In this document: in pieces, positions 1 to 11,526 of the stretch | How positions within the stretch are numbered: position 1 is the stretch's first letter | Layout: every line of letters starts with the position of its first letter | Source: Patescibacteria group bacterium | Lineage (GTDB): Bacteria; Patescibacteriota; Microgenomatia; UBA8517 | Assembly: GCA_038061225.1 (NCBI GenBank) | Contig: JBBTZT010000003.1 | Coordinates: 184,515-248,514 of the forward strand | Direction: 5' to 3' | DNA: 64,000 nt | Translations under genes and position numbers: made by a program | The notes under the pieces: model-generated | Databases searched by the model: none | What the model saw: only the letters and a program-made list of their open reading frames with translations | What the model was told of the DNA's origin: nothing

Positions 1-2
1 AC

Positions 3-503
3 GAATTTATGCAAAACAATCCTGATATAGGTGTTAGCGGTGGAACAATTGATGTTTGTAATGAAAGTTTGTTAGTTCAAAACATAAGACGATACCCTTT
101 AACAGATAAATTAATTAGGGAAATAATATTTTTATATAGCCCATTTGCACACTCAGCTACAATTTGGAAATCTGAATTGATGAAATTAGTAGGGGGATAT
201 AATCAAAATATACCATTAAGTCAAGATTGTGAGCTCTATTTTAAGATAGGAAAACATGCAAAATTTGGAAATCTTAATATTAAATTAATTAAATTAAGGA
301 TGCACAAAAAATCGAGCTCTATTTCTAAAGATTTTTTACAAGAAAAATACGCTATCTACGCTAGAATTAAAGCAATTTTTGAATATGGATACAAACCCCG
401 TGCAATTGATAAATTATTTATAATATTAAGAATTTTTATAATGATATTTTTTCCTAAAAAAATTAAATATTATTTATTTAATTTATTAAGGAGGGAAAAA
501 TAA
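3..503 (+). CDS. GT2 family glycosyltransferase, C-terminal part (5' truncated by window edge)
   Basis: Frame is open to the window start; 'PFAHSAT..VGGY...SQDCEL' is typical of a GT2 C-terminal half. Confidence 0.8.
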   Translation, partial: EFMQNNPDIGVSGGTIDVCNESLLVQNIRRYPLTDKLIREIIFLYSPFAHSATIWKSELMKLVGGYNQNIPLSQDCELYFKIGKHAKFGNLNIKLIKLRMHKKSSSISKDFLQEKYAIYARIKAIFEYGYKPRAIDKLFIILRIFIMIFFPKKIKYYLFNLLRREK

Positions 504-2350
504 TGTGTGGGATTGTTGGTTATGTTGGTGATGTCGACAAGAGCAAGATAGCCAAAATGCTTCAAGCAACAGCCCATCGCGGTCCCGATGACAGTGGAAT
601 GTATATCAATGGTAATGTTGGTTTAGGTAACAACAGGCTAGCAGTAATTGACCTTTCTTCAAAAGGGCATCAACCAATGTTTGATAATGAAAAAACAGTT
701 TGTATTGTTTATAACGGGGAAATGTATAATTTTCAAGAGTTAAGACAAGAGCTTTGTAAAAATTATAAATTCAAAAGTGATTCAGATACCGAGGTTATAA
801 TTTACGCTTATAAAAAATGGGGCATAAATTGTTTACAACATTTTAATGGAATGTTTGCCTTTGTGATTTACGACATAAAAAACAATTTACTTTTTGGGGC
901 AAGAGATCGTCGAGGTGAGAAACCTTTGAAATATTTTTTTGATGGCAATACTTTTATATTTGCATCAGAAATAAAAGGCATATTACCCGTGCTTACAGAA
1001 AAACCGAAAATGGATATGGAGGCTATAAGTGATTATTTAACGCTACAATATGTTCCAGCACCAAAAACTGGGTTTCAAAAAATATATAAACTACCCTCTG
1101 CAAGTTATTTTATTTTTAAAGACAAAAAATTAAAAATAAATAAGTATTGGAGTTTGGATTTTTCCAAAAAACTTAATATTAGTGAAAATGACTGGATTGA
1201 ATTACTTGAAGCAAAAGTTGAACAATGTGTCAAATCAAGAATGATATCAGATGTTCCAATTGGATCGTTTCTAAGTGGCGGTGTTGATTCCTCAGCTGTG
1301 ACTGCATTTATGGCGATGAATTCATCAAAACCGATAAAAACTTTTAGTATAGGCTTTAACGATTCTAAATTTGACGAGACAGTTTTTTCAAAACAAGTTG
1401 CAAAAAAATATAAGACTGATCATTCATATATTAAGGTAAACTCAAAAATATTTGAAAAAGAATTACTAAAAATGTCTGATCATTATGATGAACCTTTCGC
1501 AGATAATTCTTTAATTCCAACACTGTTTCTTTCAAAATTTGCACGAGAAGGAGTGACAGTTGCCCTAAGTGGTGACGGAGGCGATGAAAACTTTGCTGGA
1601 TATGATAGATATAATATAGCGTCTTTCGGTGATTATTATAAATTAACTCCAAAGTTATTGAGAAACGGAATAATAAACCCGATGGTAAATATTTTATTTT
1701 TAATTTCTCCAAATCTTTTGACATCCAGAATGAAAACTTTTTCTAACACTTTCGAGTTACCTTTTTATAAAAAATACATCTATTATAAAAGTTTTTTTGA
1801 CAATAAAGATAAAGATCTAGTCTCTTTAAATAGCAAAAAAGATACATTTACGATGGACAAATATATATATGATAAAAAATTATCTGATATTGATAATGCC
1901 TTAAAATCTGATATTAATTCATATCTTCCTGAAGATCTATTGTATAAGATAGATATTGCTTCAATGAGCACTGGTTTAGAAGTAAGAGCACCACTTTTGG
2001 ATTATAAATTAATGGAGTTATCGGCTCAAATACCTGATAATTTAAAAATCAAAAATTTTAATAAGAAATATATTTTTAAAAAGATGTTGATAGAGAGTAA
2101 TATTTTACCCGAGAATATAATAAATCGTCCCAAAAGAGGATTTAATCCTCCAATTGGAATTTGGCTTAAGAATGATCTGAAAGAATATGTTATTAGCCAG
2201 CTAACTTCACAGAAGTTTAGACAATCAGAGATATTTGATAATAATAAATTAGATATCTATATACAAAAATATTATTCAAGTAATTTAAATTATCATAATA
2301 ATATTTTTGCACTTCTTGCCTTATCTAGTTGGATTAATAAATATTTTTAA
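503..2350 (+). CDS. asnB: Asparagine synthase (glutamine-hydrolysing) family amidotransferase, likely amidates glycan sugars
   Basis: N-terminal MCGI (Ntn Cys), HRGPD, LSGGVDSS, SGDGGDE, LEVRAPLLD. Confidence 0.93.
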   Translation: MCGIVGYVGDVDKSKIAKMLQATAHRGPDDSGMYINGNVGLGNNRLAVIDLSSKGHQPMFDNEKTVCIVYNGEMYNFQELRQELCKNYKFKSDSDTEVIIYAYKKWGINCLQHFNGMFAFVIYDIKNNLLFGARDRRGEKPLKYFFDGNTFIFASEIKGILPVLTEKPKMDMEAISDYLTLQYVPAPKTGFQKIYKLPSASYFIFKDKKLKINKYWSLDFSKKLNISENDWIELLEAKVEQCVKSRMISDVPIGSFLSGGVDSSAVTAFMAMNSSKPIKTFSIGFNDSKFDETVFSKQVAKKYKTDHSYIKVNSKIFEKELLKMSDHYDEPFADNSLIPTLFLSKFAREGVTVALSGDGGDENFAGYDRYNIASFGDYYKLTPKLLRNGIINPMVNILFLISPNLLTSRMKTFSNTFELPFYKKYIYYKSFFDNKDKDLVSLNSKKDTFTMDKYIYDKKLSDIDNALKSDINSYLPEDLLYKIDIASMSTGLEVRAPLLDYKLMELSAQIPDNLKIKNFNKKYIFKKMLIESNILPENIINRPKRGFNPPIGIWLKNDLKEYVISQLTSQKFRQSEIFDNNKLDIYIQKYYSSNLNYHNNIFALLALSSWINKYF

Positions 2351-2353
2351 ATA

Positions 2354-3487
2354 ATGAAAAATATTGCAATTGTCGTTCATAAATATCTTCCACAGCCAGA
2401 TGACGATCTGGCTTATTTTTTGAATCGAAAGAAAAATATTAATATTTTTCATATAAAACATAGTTTTTCCGATGCCAAAGATAGATGTAGTGTGCTTAGA
2501 AAATATTTGAACGGACTTCAGATCGATGAAATTAAGACTCTTGATTATAAATTTTTACCCGAAGTATTAATTTATATAAAAGAGTTTATTTTTACTGTTA
2601 AATGGTTGATTTTGACAAACAAAAAATTCGATTTGTATATAGGAATGGATGGTTTATGTACTCTTTTTGGGTTATTTTTACAAAAGTTTAGAATTTGTAA
2701 AAAAGTAGTTTATTGGAATATGGATTTTGTACCATTCAATAGATTTGAATATAAATGGAAAAATGTTTTATATAATAAAGTAAATAGTTACGCGTGTAAA
2801 AAAGCTGATGAAGTATGGGATATTTCTCCAAGAATGGAAAAGGGAAGAAAACAATATTTAGATGTATACAAAAAAGACTATAAAATGCATCGTGTTATGC
2901 CATATGGTGTTTGGACTCATCAAATTAAAACTATTTCGTATGAAAAAAGTCAGAAACATACGCTTGTTTTTATGGGTCATTTGCTAAAAAAACAAGGTGT
3001 AGATATGATTATTAAAAAAATACCAGATATTTTAATTAAAATTCCAGATTTTGAATTTAAAATAATAGGAGATGGAAATTATAAAGATCAATTAATAAGA
3101 TTAGCAGATATTCTTTCTGTTCACAAATACTGTAAATTTTTAGGAAGACTTGATGATTTTCATCTAAATAATGAAATTGCTAAAGCATCTATATCCATAG
3201 CTCCATATTCTACTAATAAGTATTCTTACACTTATTATGCTGACCCAGGTAAAATCAAAAAATACTTAGCTTGCGGAGTACCTGTATTGTTAACAAATTT
3301 ATCATGGAATACACATGAAATAGAAAAAAATGAATGCGGTTTAATCATAGGTGACAATGGTAATGATCTTGTCGATAAATTATTATATTTATTTAGACCA
3401 AAAATAAATGAAAAATTTAGAAAAAACGCTATTAAATACTCTAAAAGTTTTGATTATGAGAAAATATTTTCTGAACTAAATATATAA
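2354..3487 (+). CDS. GT4 family glycosyltransferase
   Basis: FMGHLLKKQG and 'YLACGVPV' GT-B C-terminal motifs. Confidence 0.85.
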   Translation: MKNIAIVVHKYLPQPDDDLAYFLNRKKNINIFHIKHSFSDAKDRCSVLRKYLNGLQIDEIKTLDYKFLPEVLIYIKEFIFTVKWLILTNKKFDLYIGMDGLCTLFGLFLQKFRICKKVVYWNMDFVPFNRFEYKWKNVLYNKVNSYACKKADEVWDISPRMEKGRKQYLDVYKKDYKMHRVMPYGVWTHQIKTISYEKSQKHTLVFMGHLLKKQGVDMIIKKIPDILIKIPDFEFKIIGDGNYKDQLIRLADILSVHKYCKFLGRLDDFHLNNEIAKASISIAPYSTNKYSYTYYADPGKIKKYLACGVPVLLTNLSWNTHEIEKNECGLIIGDNGNDLVDKLLYLFRPKINEKFRKNAIKYSKSFDYEKIFSELNI

Positions 3488-3488
3488 T

Positions 3489-4403
3489 ATGCTAAAAAAA
3501 TGGATAAAATATCTTTGTGATCCAATTGATAAAACATCGTTAAGTGTTAGTAAAATAACGAGTAGAGATGGTGAATATATAATTTCTGGCATATTAAAAA
3601 GCAGATCTGGTAATATTTATAAAATTAAAAACGGAGTACCTATTCTAATTTCTAAAAAGACTCAAGGTGTTAGTTCAGTAGAAAGTTTTGCCTATGAATG
3701 GAATACCTTTGATTTTGATTATGGCAAGAAAGGTTGGCTTAACGATATTGTGGAACCTGTGGTTGATAGTACTAAATATTTTAAAGATAAAGTTGTTATC
3801 GATTGTGGTGCTGGTTCGGGTAGACAAAGTTTATGGATAGCAGAAGCAGGAGCAAAATTTGTTTTTTCAATAGAGCTTTCCGATTCAGCGACTACAATTG
3901 TAAAAAGAGTTACAAGTAAATTTAAGAATAGAATATTTGTCATTCAGGCAGATATTGCCCATCTACCGCTTAAAAGGAATATTGCAAATATTGATGTGGC
4001 TTATTGCGTAAATGTAATTCAACATACAAAAAATCCTTTAAAAGGTACTGAAGAGATATCTAAATTATTAAATAAAAATTCAACATTTATATTTAACATA
4101 TATTTATTGAGAGGTAACAAGTTAAAAATATTAATCATTCAGTTTATTAAAAAACTTCTCTCTAGGTTGCCAAAATCAATCATTAAGAAGATATCGTACT
4201 TAATTGCAATATTTTTATATCCATTCTGGGTTAATAAACATTCTATTAAAGAATTTTGGCTCGATATATATGATCTTTTAGGGACACATAGCTATCAAAA
4301 ATTCTATTCATTGAAATACCTTGACGAATTATTGACCGAGTCAAAATTGATGATCAAAAAAACATCGTATTATTCAATGCTTTTGAAAAAATCAATTAAT
4401 TAA
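3489..4403 (+). CDS. Trm112-like domain fused to class I SAM methyltransferase
   Basis: N-terminal 'LCDPIDK..L...YKIKNGVPIL'; DCGAGSG motif I. Confidence 0.8.
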   Translation: MLKKWIKYLCDPIDKTSLSVSKITSRDGEYIISGILKSRSGNIYKIKNGVPILISKKTQGVSSVESFAYEWNTFDFDYGKKGWLNDIVEPVVDSTKYFKDKVVIDCGAGSGRQSLWIAEAGAKFVFSIELSDSATTIVKRVTSKFKNRIFVIQADIAHLPLKRNIANIDVAYCVNVIQHTKNPLKGTEEISKLLNKNSTFIFNIYLLRGNKLKILIIQFIKKLLSRLPKSIIKKISYLIAIFLYPFWVNKHSIKEFWLDIYDLLGTHSYQKFYSLKYLDELLTESKLMIKKTSYYSMLLKKSIN

Positions 4404-5081
4404 TTCAAATGACTCCCACACAAAAGGATAAGAATATCTAATTTTGTGTGTTTTGAGAATCTTCTTGATAAGAGCTCTTCTCATTATTTTAGCGTTAGGA
4501 ACAAAATCATGAAATTGAATCTGGACATATTTTATTTTTTTTATTTGGTTTGTTTTGATTAACCTATCTAATACTTGATATTCAGAGCCTTCGATATTAA
4601 TTGACATGAGATCAATTTTTTTGACCTTTTTGACAAACAGACCCACGTCTATAAAATTGGCTTTTTCAGTTTTTCCAGTGTTTTTAAATAGAGAAGTGCT
4701 ATCGTTGGATACAGAAATACTATCTGAGTAGTTTTGGTCAGATAATCCTAAATTATAAATTTTTACTTTACGATTCTTTGTGTACTTCTTTTTCAAAATT
4801 TTATAGTATTTCTGAACTGGCTCGAAGATAATTAAATTAACATCATTAATTGCAAGTAATTTGTCTGAAAAAACACCTGTATAACCCCCTACGTCAAGAA
4901 TTGTCCCTTTCGAATTGATTGGATAGTTTACTAACAATCGGTCATCCCCATTGTCTCTAACCCATTTTGATAGATAAAATAATCGATTATTTATTGAGAG
5001 AGTTTTTAAAATATAGTACAGAAATGAAAAAGATATAAGCTTTAATACCTTATAGATTTTTGACTTTTTTAAGTTTAACAT
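4392..5081 (-). CDS. FkbM family methyltransferase
   Basis: LDVGGYTG, FEP, 'INIEGSEY', 'IQFH'. Confidence 0.88.
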   Translation of the reverse strand: MLNLKKSKIYKVLKLISFSFLYYILKTLSINNRLFYLSKWVRDNGDDRLLVNYPINSKGTILDVGGYTGVFSDKLLAINDVNLIIFEPVQKYYKILKKKYTKNRKVKIYNLGLSDQNYSDSISVSNDSTSLFKNTGKTEKANFIDVGLFVKKVKKIDLMSINIEGSEYQVLDRLIKTNQIKKIKYVQIQFHDFVPNAKIMRRALIKKILKTHKIRYSYPFVWESFELIN

Positions 5082-5090
5082 ATTGTTATA

Positions 5091-6710
5091 ATGAATAGGA
5101 AATTACTTACCCTAGTTAGTATATTACTAACCTTTCTAATAGTCACTATATATTGGGGAATTACTAAAACTTTTTACCAGCAAGATGAATGGTTGGGATA
5201 TGGATTATATTTAGCAAAAGGCTCGGGTATGATTTTACAAAGCACTGGTAGTGTATTGGGAATAATTTTGGGACAGGGAAGAATTCTTACTAATTTAACG
5301 TATTTTGTATTCCATACATACTTTCCTCTCAATGTTTTTCCAATTGCCATTTTTTCTATTACTATTCACATAATTAATTCTTTTCTGGTTTATATACTAG
5401 GTAAAAATTTATTTAAAAATAAAATATCATCATTAATTGGAACACTTTTTTTTGCTTTTAATAGCTTACATTTAAATGCAATTGCTTGGCCTGCAGCCGC
5501 TATCAACACTCTACCCTCAACAACTTTAATTTTGATTGCATTGTTGTTTTATTTTAGATACATAAAGGAAGTAAAGGCAAAGTGGATGATTATGTGTTTT
5601 GCATTAATATACACATCTTTATTTTTCAAGGAAACGGGTATATTTTTATTTATTCTTCTTCCTTTATCATTAATCTTTTACAAAGGTTTTGATATAAAAA
5701 CTGTTATTAAAAAATTTTGGTATTATTTTTTACCATTAATATTAATTGTTAGTTATAGACTATGGGGATTTAGATCAGAGACAGGTGAAGTGGCATTATT
5801 TGTCACTGGGACTTCAAAATATTTTATGGATTCTTTGATAATTAGATCATTTTTATATCCAATTACTTCCATGTCACTTTCTTTGTTCCATCCTTCATAT
5901 ATGCTTGAATTTGCTCGTTATATTACAAACGTGTATTATCCATTTATACCGGAAGCTCAATTTGCATTAGTTACACAAACTATTGCCTTAGATTTAATTG
6001 CAGTTCTTGCCACAGCTTTAATAATAGTAACAATATTAATATTAATGAAATTTGTTAGTACCAATGTGAAAAAGAATGTATTGTTTTGGATGCTGTTTTT
6101 GTTAGCCAGTTTTTTGCCTTATATAATAATTTCCAAAAGTTTTTCGTATCTTGAATCTAGATATTATTATTTATCATCCGTTGCATGGGCAATTATTTTT
6201 ACATGGGTAGCCAATTTGATTAGTGAAAAAGTAAGACCAAAATACCTGCAACTATTGTTTTTGGCAATATTTTTATCTTTTATTTACGTTAATATAATAT
6301 TAATAAATTACGACTTGAAATTATTAGTTAAAGAATCGCAGACTAGAATTGATATTTTAAATCAAATTTCACTTATAAAACCAAAACTTACAGAAAACAG
6401 AAATATATTTTACGTAACAGGAGACACTGATTATTATTTGATAGGTCACAAGATTCCATTTCAGCAAGGATTTGGTTATACTCTTTTGACTTTTTATTTT
6501 GACAAAAGTCAATATCCTGCCGATTTTCTAAATAACACAGATCTTTTTGAAATTGGTAAAGAGATGTATTATGAAAAAGATGAATATGGTTTTGGATATT
6601 TTAGTAATATAATACTAATGGAAGAAGCAGTGAAGAGTAATAAAATTCCCACAAGTAATGTCTATAGATTTTATTATGATTCAAAAACCGCTAGGATGGA
6701 AAAAATTTGA
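5091..6710 (+). CDS. Multi-pass membrane protein, GT-C fold glycosyltransferase-like
   Basis: N-terminal TM followed by 'QQDEW' acidic loop, about 11 TM segments, 'FKETG', 'ESRYYY'. Confidence 0.6.
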   Translation: MNRKLLTLVSILLTFLIVTIYWGITKTFYQQDEWLGYGLYLAKGSGMILQSTGSVLGIILGQGRILTNLTYFVFHTYFPLNVFPIAIFSITIHIINSFLVYILGKNLFKNKISSLIGTLFFAFNSLHLNAIAWPAAAINTLPSTTLILIALLFYFRYIKEVKAKWMIMCFALIYTSLFFKETGIFLFILLPLSLIFYKGFDIKTVIKKFWYYFLPLILIVSYRLWGFRSETGEVALFVTGTSKYFMDSLIIRSFLYPITSMSLSLFHPSYMLEFARYITNVYYPFIPEAQFALVTQTIALDLIAVLATALIIVTILILMKFVSTNVKKNVLFWMLFLLASFLPYIIISKSFSYLESRYYYLSSVAWAIIFTWVANLISEKVRPKYLQLLFLAIFLSFIYVNIILINYDLKLLVKESQTRIDILNQISLIKPKLTENRNIFYVTGDTDYYLIGHKIPFQQGFGYTLLTFYFDKSQYPADFLNNTDLFEIGKEMYYEKDEYGFGYFSNIILMEEAVKSNKIPTSNVYRFYYDSKTARMEKI

Positions 6711-6712
6711 GA

Positions 6713-7834
6713 TTAAAGTAATCCTTTCTTTTTTAATTCTTTTTCAGCTACTGAAAACGAGTCTACGGCTTTTTCTTTTTCTCCCCATTTAATTAATTCT
6801 TTAAATCCTTCTTCCAGTGAAATTTTAGGTTCCCACCCAAGAAGTTTTTTGGCCTTTGAAATATTGGCAAAGCAATGTTTTACATCGTTTTTTCGAAATT
6901 CCCCGCTTATTTTAACAAGGTTTTCTTTACTCAAAGTTTTGGCGATTATCATTGCAATGTCTTTTATTGATGTTGGTTTACCTGATCCAATATTTATTAC
7001 TTGATCATTGGCACTATCTTTTTCTAGAGCTAGAATAAATGCTCGTACTACGTCGTGAACCGAAACAAAATCTCGTGACTGAGATCCATCTTCATAACAT
7101 ATAGCTTCACGATTATTTTTTAAACGGCTAATGAAAATTGCTGATACTCCAGTATAAGGGTTTGAAAGACTTTGTCTTGGACCATAAACATTGAATCCTC
7201 GAAGTACAACCGTTGGGAAGTTATACAAAGATGCATTTAAAAGAACCATATCTTGTTGTGATTTTTTAGTTATAGCATAAATGCTACTTGGATATTCTTT
7301 GGCGTCATCTTCTGTGGGTATTGGATTAACAATTTTATTGCAATTAGGGCAATAGATATTCCAGTCCTTTTTCTTAAGCTGTTTTTCTTCTCGTAGGGGA
7401 GGCCTTACAATTCCACATTTACTACATTTATAGTTACCTTCGCCAAACCCTGTCATGCTTGAAATTGTTACCAATTTTTTTACGTTGTGCTTTTCGTTTA
7501 CCAAGATATCAAGAAGGTTGGCTGTTCCTCCTGTATTTACTGCTACATATTTTTTAATTTGGTAATTACTCTGTGCAACACCAACTGTCGCTGCCAAGTG
7601 ATATATTGCATCAATTCCATTAATTGCTTTTAAAAGTAAAGTTCTATTTCTTACGTCACCTTTTATAAATTCTGCTTTGGGGTTTAAATATGATGGTTTT
7701 TTGCCATTATGTACTTGTTTTTCTAAATTATCAAAAATGCGAACGACATATCCCTTTTCAATAAGTTCATCAACCAAGAACGAACCAATAAACCCAGCTC
7801 CACCCGTAACCAATATTTTTAATTTCTTGTTCAT
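6713..7834 (-). CDS. NAD-dependent epimerase/dehydratase with CxxC..CxxC insertion
   Basis: [23 protein letters not shown]; start set at 7834 (ATGA overlap with upstream stop). Confidence 0.88.
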   Translation of the reverse strand: MNKKLKILVTGGAGFIGSFLVDELIEKGYVVRIFDNLEKQVHNGKKPSYLNPKAEFIKGDVRNRTLLLKAINGIDAIYHLAATVGVAQSNYQIKKYVAVNTGGTANLLDILVNEKHNVKKLVTISSMTGFGEGNYKCSKCGIVRPPLREEKQLKKKDWNIYCPNCNKIVNPIPTEDDAKEYPSSIYAITKKSQQDMVLLNASLYNFPTVVLRGFNVYGPRQSLSNPYTGVSAIFISRLKNNREAICYEDGSQSRDFVSVHDVVRAFILALEKDSANDQVINIGSGKPTSIKDIAMIIAKTLSKENLVKISGEFRKNDVKHCFANISKAKKLLGWEPKISLEEGFKELIKWGEKEKAVDSFSVAEKELKKKGLL

Positions 7835-8910
7835 GTTATGTTTAAGAACTTGTCTCTTGCCTCTGGTAAAGAATACATGCACAATTCTTCAATAATTTGC
7901 TCTGCATTGTATGTGTATTCCCATTTTGGATAATGTTTTTTAAATTTTGAAACATTAGAAATATACCATATATGGTCGCCGATTCTATTTGTTGGATCGT
8001 ATTTAATTTTCGCTTTTTTCTTTAGATATTTCTCAATTAATGGTATAGCTTCATTTACTGAAATGTTTGAGTATCTTGATCCTCCTATATTATAAACTTC
8101 TCCAGTTCTAGGTTTAAGATAAAAATTATAAAAGGCGTTGACAACATCATATGAATGAATATTGTCTCGAACTTGTTTACCTTTGTAACCAAAAACAGTG
8201 TAAGGAATATTTTTAGCTATTGCATGAACAAGGTACGCCAAGAAACCGTGAAGTTGAGCAGCTGAATGAGCAGGACCTGTTAGACATCCGCCTCTAAAAA
8301 CACCGGTTTTTATTCCAAAATATCGTCCATATTCTTGAACCATTAAATCAGCAGAAACTTTTGATACACCAAAAATACTGTGGGTACAATAATCTAAACT
8401 CATTGTTTCATCAATTCCTTTATAGAATTTATGTGTCTTAGGTAGTTCCCATCTTGTTTTAAGTTCCCTTAATGGTAATCTGTTTGGATTGTCACCATAG
8501 ACTTTGTTCGTTGAAGTAAAAATAAAGACAGCTTCTGGGGTATATTTACGACAAGCTTCAAGCATGTTTAACGTTCCCTCTGCATTAATAGTAAAGTCAG
8601 TTAGAGGTTCTTTTGCTGCCCAGTCGTGCGATGGTTGAGCTGCTGTGTGGATTATTAACTCTGGTTTTGATTCTTTTACGAGTCGATTTATTCTTTCCTT
8701 GTCGCGAATATCAATACTATGATGTTCGTAATTTGAGAAATTCTTTTCAAGTAGTTTTCTGTTCCAATTTGTGCTCGCAGTTGGACCAAAAAAATATTTT
8801 CTAAAGTCATTATCTACTCCTATAACTTCAAAACCTTTTCTATGGAAGAATCGTACGGATTCTGATCCTATTAATCCTGCAGATCCTGTTATTAATACTT
8901 TTTTCTTCAT
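7831..8910 (-). CDS. NAD-dependent epimerase, CDP-paratose 2-epimerase (RfbE)-like
   Basis: TGSAGLIG, 'STNKVYG', 'QEYGRYFG', 'GKQVRDNIH'. Confidence 0.8.
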   Translation of the reverse strand: MKKKVLITGSAGLIGSESVRFFHRKGFEVIGVDNDFRKYFFGPTASTNWNRKLLEKNFSNYEHHSIDIRDKERINRLVKESKPELIIHTAAQPSHDWAAKEPLTDFTINAEGTLNMLEACRKYTPEAVFIFTSTNKVYGDNPNRLPLRELKTRWELPKTHKFYKGIDETMSLDYCTHSIFGVSKVSADLMVQEYGRYFGIKTGVFRGGCLTGPAHSAAQLHGFLAYLVHAIAKNIPYTVFGYKGKQVRDNIHSYDVVNAFYNFYLKPRTGEVYNIGGSRYSNISVNEAIPLIEKYLKKKAKIKYDPTNRIGDHIWYISNVSKFKKHYPKWEYTYNAEQIIEELCMYSLPEARDKFLNIT

Positions 8911-8911
8911 G

Positions 8912-10162
8912 TTATTCTACTAGTTTGATATCCATCCTTTTTAAAGTTTTAGTATAAACATTATCCCAAATGTTATTCTGCGCTTGTTTAATAGCATTAT
9001 TTTTCATTTTATTATATAGATTACTATTCTTGAATAAGGAAACGACAGCTTTTGTTAGTTGTGAGACGTTATCATTAACAACTAACCCAGATTTATTGAT
9101 TTCAAGCTCTTTCCCTATTGGAGGTACTTGAGTAGTGATAACCGGTAATCCTGCAGCAAGATAAAGCCGTATTCTGGTTGAATCTGCCCACCAACGAGGA
9201 GAATTCTTTTGGGTTACATAAGGAGCGAGTCCAACCCTAAACTGTGATAGATCGTTAATTAATTCTGTTTGACTTGTAATTAATCCGTGAATATAAACTT
9301 TGTTTTGAACAGACAATTTGTTTGTTAAGTCTCTTAATTTCTGGATTTTTACATCTTCTCCTGAAGCAAAAATGTGAAGTTGAGCTTTGGGAAAAGTGTT
9401 AACAACTCTCTTTAATACTTGGATAGCTAAATTAGGGCCATTTTCAGAGTTAATCACTCCAGCGTATACTAAACTGTAGGGTGTAGTTTGGATTATTTTT
9501 CTAGGGGTTACTTGGTTTTTAAAAAGAGCAATGGGGACGTATAATGAAGTTTTGTTTGCCACAGGAACTAACCCCATCTTAATCCTTGCTGGCATCATTG
9601 CAGGAGATATATCCCAGATGTGGTCAGCGTTTTTGAATGCGATTCTATCAAGCATCAAATACATTTTATTTAACCATGAGCTGTGGTATCTCTGGAGAGA
9701 GAAATCAGAAACATAATATACTACTGTTTTTACTATTCCTAACTTTTTAAGAATTACGCCAGCAAGAGTGTTTATTGATTCAAGTCCTATAAATAAATCA
9801 AAACGATCGTTTGCTTTTAATCCAAAATCAATGACTGATAAAAAGTCTCGAACTTTAAATATAATGCTTGTGCTAAGTGAATTGTTTAATATAAGAAAAG
9901 GATATAGAAAAGATACAAACAATGATGATTTAGTTGTGCTCTTAAGTTTACCTTTACTATATGTTTCTATCATGGGGATTAAACGATCACTGCCTGGATG
10001 TGGTTGATCAATAAGTACAAACTTATTTACTCTTGGCGCAAAATAAGAAAGCATCGGTTCTATTAAACCATTGGTTGGAGACCTACGATTGTTTTCCCAT
10101 GGAGAAAAACTGGCAAAAATAACTTTGGAACATTTTTTTAAATCAACACTTTCATCTTTCAT
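8912..10162 (-). CDS. GT4 family glycosyltransferase (paralog of 10221-11435)
   Basis: '[11 protein letters not shown]'; long shared motifs with the neighbouring gene. Confidence 0.85.
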   Translation of the reverse strand: MKDESVDLKKCSKVIFASFSPWENNRRSPTNGLIEPMLSYFAPRVNKFVLIDQPHPGSDRLIPMIETYSKGKLKSTTKSSLFVSFLYPFLILNNSLSTSIIFKVRDFLSVIDFGLKANDRFDLFIGLESINTLAGVILKKLGIVKTVVYYVSDFSLQRYHSSWLNKMYLMLDRIAFKNADHIWDISPAMMPARIKMGLVPVANKTSLYVPIALFKNQVTPRKIIQTTPYSLVYAGVINSENGPNLAIQVLKRVVNTFPKAQLHIFASGEDVKIQKLRDLTNKLSVQNKVYIHGLITSQTELINDLSQFRVGLAPYVTQKNSPRWWADSTRIRLYLAAGLPVITTQVPPIGKELEINKSGLVVNDNVSQLTKAVVSLFKNSNLYNKMKNNAIKQAQNNIWDNVYTKTLKRMDIKLVE

Positions 10163-10220
10163 AACTTATCGTAATATATACGCTCCTTTACAAAAGTGCA
10201 ACACCCAGTGAGGATTGTAA

Positions 10221-11435
10221 TTAAATCATCTTTGATAGGGCATTGGTGTAGGTGTTTTCCCAGAGGTTGTTTTTGGCTTTTTTGATTGCATTTTCTCGCA
10301 TGTTTTTATAAAGCGTGGGGTTTGAGAATAATTTAATAATTGCTTTGGCGGTTTCCTCTGCATTATCTAGAGTTACAATACCAGCGTTTGCCCCAATAAG
10401 TTCTTTTCCAAGTGGAGGAACTTGAGTAGTAATTGTTGGTAATCCAGCAGCCAAATAGAGTCTTATTTTAGTTGCATCTGCCCACCATCTTGGCGAGCCA
10501 GGTATTGCTTTGTATGTAGCAAGGCCTATACGATATTTTCTTATTTCATTTGAAAGTTTTATTTGATCAGTTACGAAACCATGGAAAATAACATATTTTT
10601 GAAGATTCAATTTCTCAGTCAATTTATTAAGTCGTTTTAAATCATTTTCTCCACCACCATAGATATGAAGCTTCACTTGGGGATATCTTAGGTAGACTTG
10701 CTTCATAGATTCAATTGCGATATCAGGTCCATTTTCAGGTCCCAAGGTTCCTGCAAAAATCAAACTATGTTCTTCGGTTTTTTCAAATGGTAAATAATTT
10801 ATTTGTTCAGGGTACATTGCATTTGGAACATGAATGACTTTACTTATAAATTTTGGATCTAAACCAGTCTTGATCCTTGCAGGCATCATCGCTGTTGATA
10901 CATCCCAAAGATAATCGACATTTGCTATGGCTAATCTATCCAAAAATAAATAAAGTTTATTGAACCAACCTGATTTATATCTTGATGGCGAATAGTCAGA
11001 AACGTAGTAAACTACAGTTTTAACAAAACCCAATTTTTTAAGTACTACTCCTGCCAACGCATTTATTGACTCAAGACCTATAAATAGTTCATATTTATTT
11101 TTTTTACCAATTGTTACATCGAGTACTGACAAAAAATCTCTAATTTTAAATGGAATTCTAGTACCAACTGTATTTTGCATCATTAAAAAAGGGTATAACC
11201 ACGAAACGAACATGGATGAAGTTGTTTTTTTAACTAATTTCCCGTTAGAATATATTTCGATTACAGGAATAACACGATCACTTCCTGGATGTGGTTCGTC
11301 AATCAAGATAAAATGTTTTGTCTTGGGTAAAAAAAACTTAAGCATTGGCTCAATCATGCCGTTTGTTGGCATTCTGGCTCCATTTTCCCATGGAGAAAAC
11401 GTTGCAAATATTACAGATAATTTATTTCCCAACAT
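10221..11435 (-). CDS. GT4 family glycosyltransferase
   Basis: 'FAGTLGPENG', 'YLAAGLPTITT'. Confidence 0.85.
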   Translation of the reverse strand: MLGNKLSVIFATFSPWENGARMPTNGMIEPMLKFFLPKTKHFILIDEPHPGSDRVIPVIEIYSNGKLVKKTTSSMFVSWLYPFLMMQNTVGTRIPFKIRDFLSVLDVTIGKKNKYELFIGLESINALAGVVLKKLGFVKTVVYYVSDYSPSRYKSGWFNKLYLFLDRLAIANVDYLWDVSTAMMPARIKTGLDPKFISKVIHVPNAMYPEQINYLPFEKTEEHSLIFAGTLGPENGPDIAIESMKQVYLRYPQVKLHIYGGGENDLKRLNKLTEKLNLQKYVIFHGFVTDQIKLSNEIRKYRIGLATYKAIPGSPRWWADATKIRLYLAAGLPTITTQVPPLGKELIGANAGIVTLDNAEETAKAIIKLFSNPTLYKNMRENAIKKAKNNLWENTYTNALSKMI

Positions 11436-11480
11436 ACTTTATGAATATTATCATAGTGAATAACTTGACTCAACAACAAT

Positions 11481-11508
11481 TTGACAATTAGCAATTATAG
11501 GTTATAAT
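11481..11508 (+). promoter_or_regulatory. sigma70-type promoter for the HD-domain gene
   Basis: TTGACA (11481-86), 16 nt, TATAAT (11503-08); ATG at 11527. Confidence 0.7.
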
Positions 11509-11526
11509 AGCAGACATAATTAAAAT

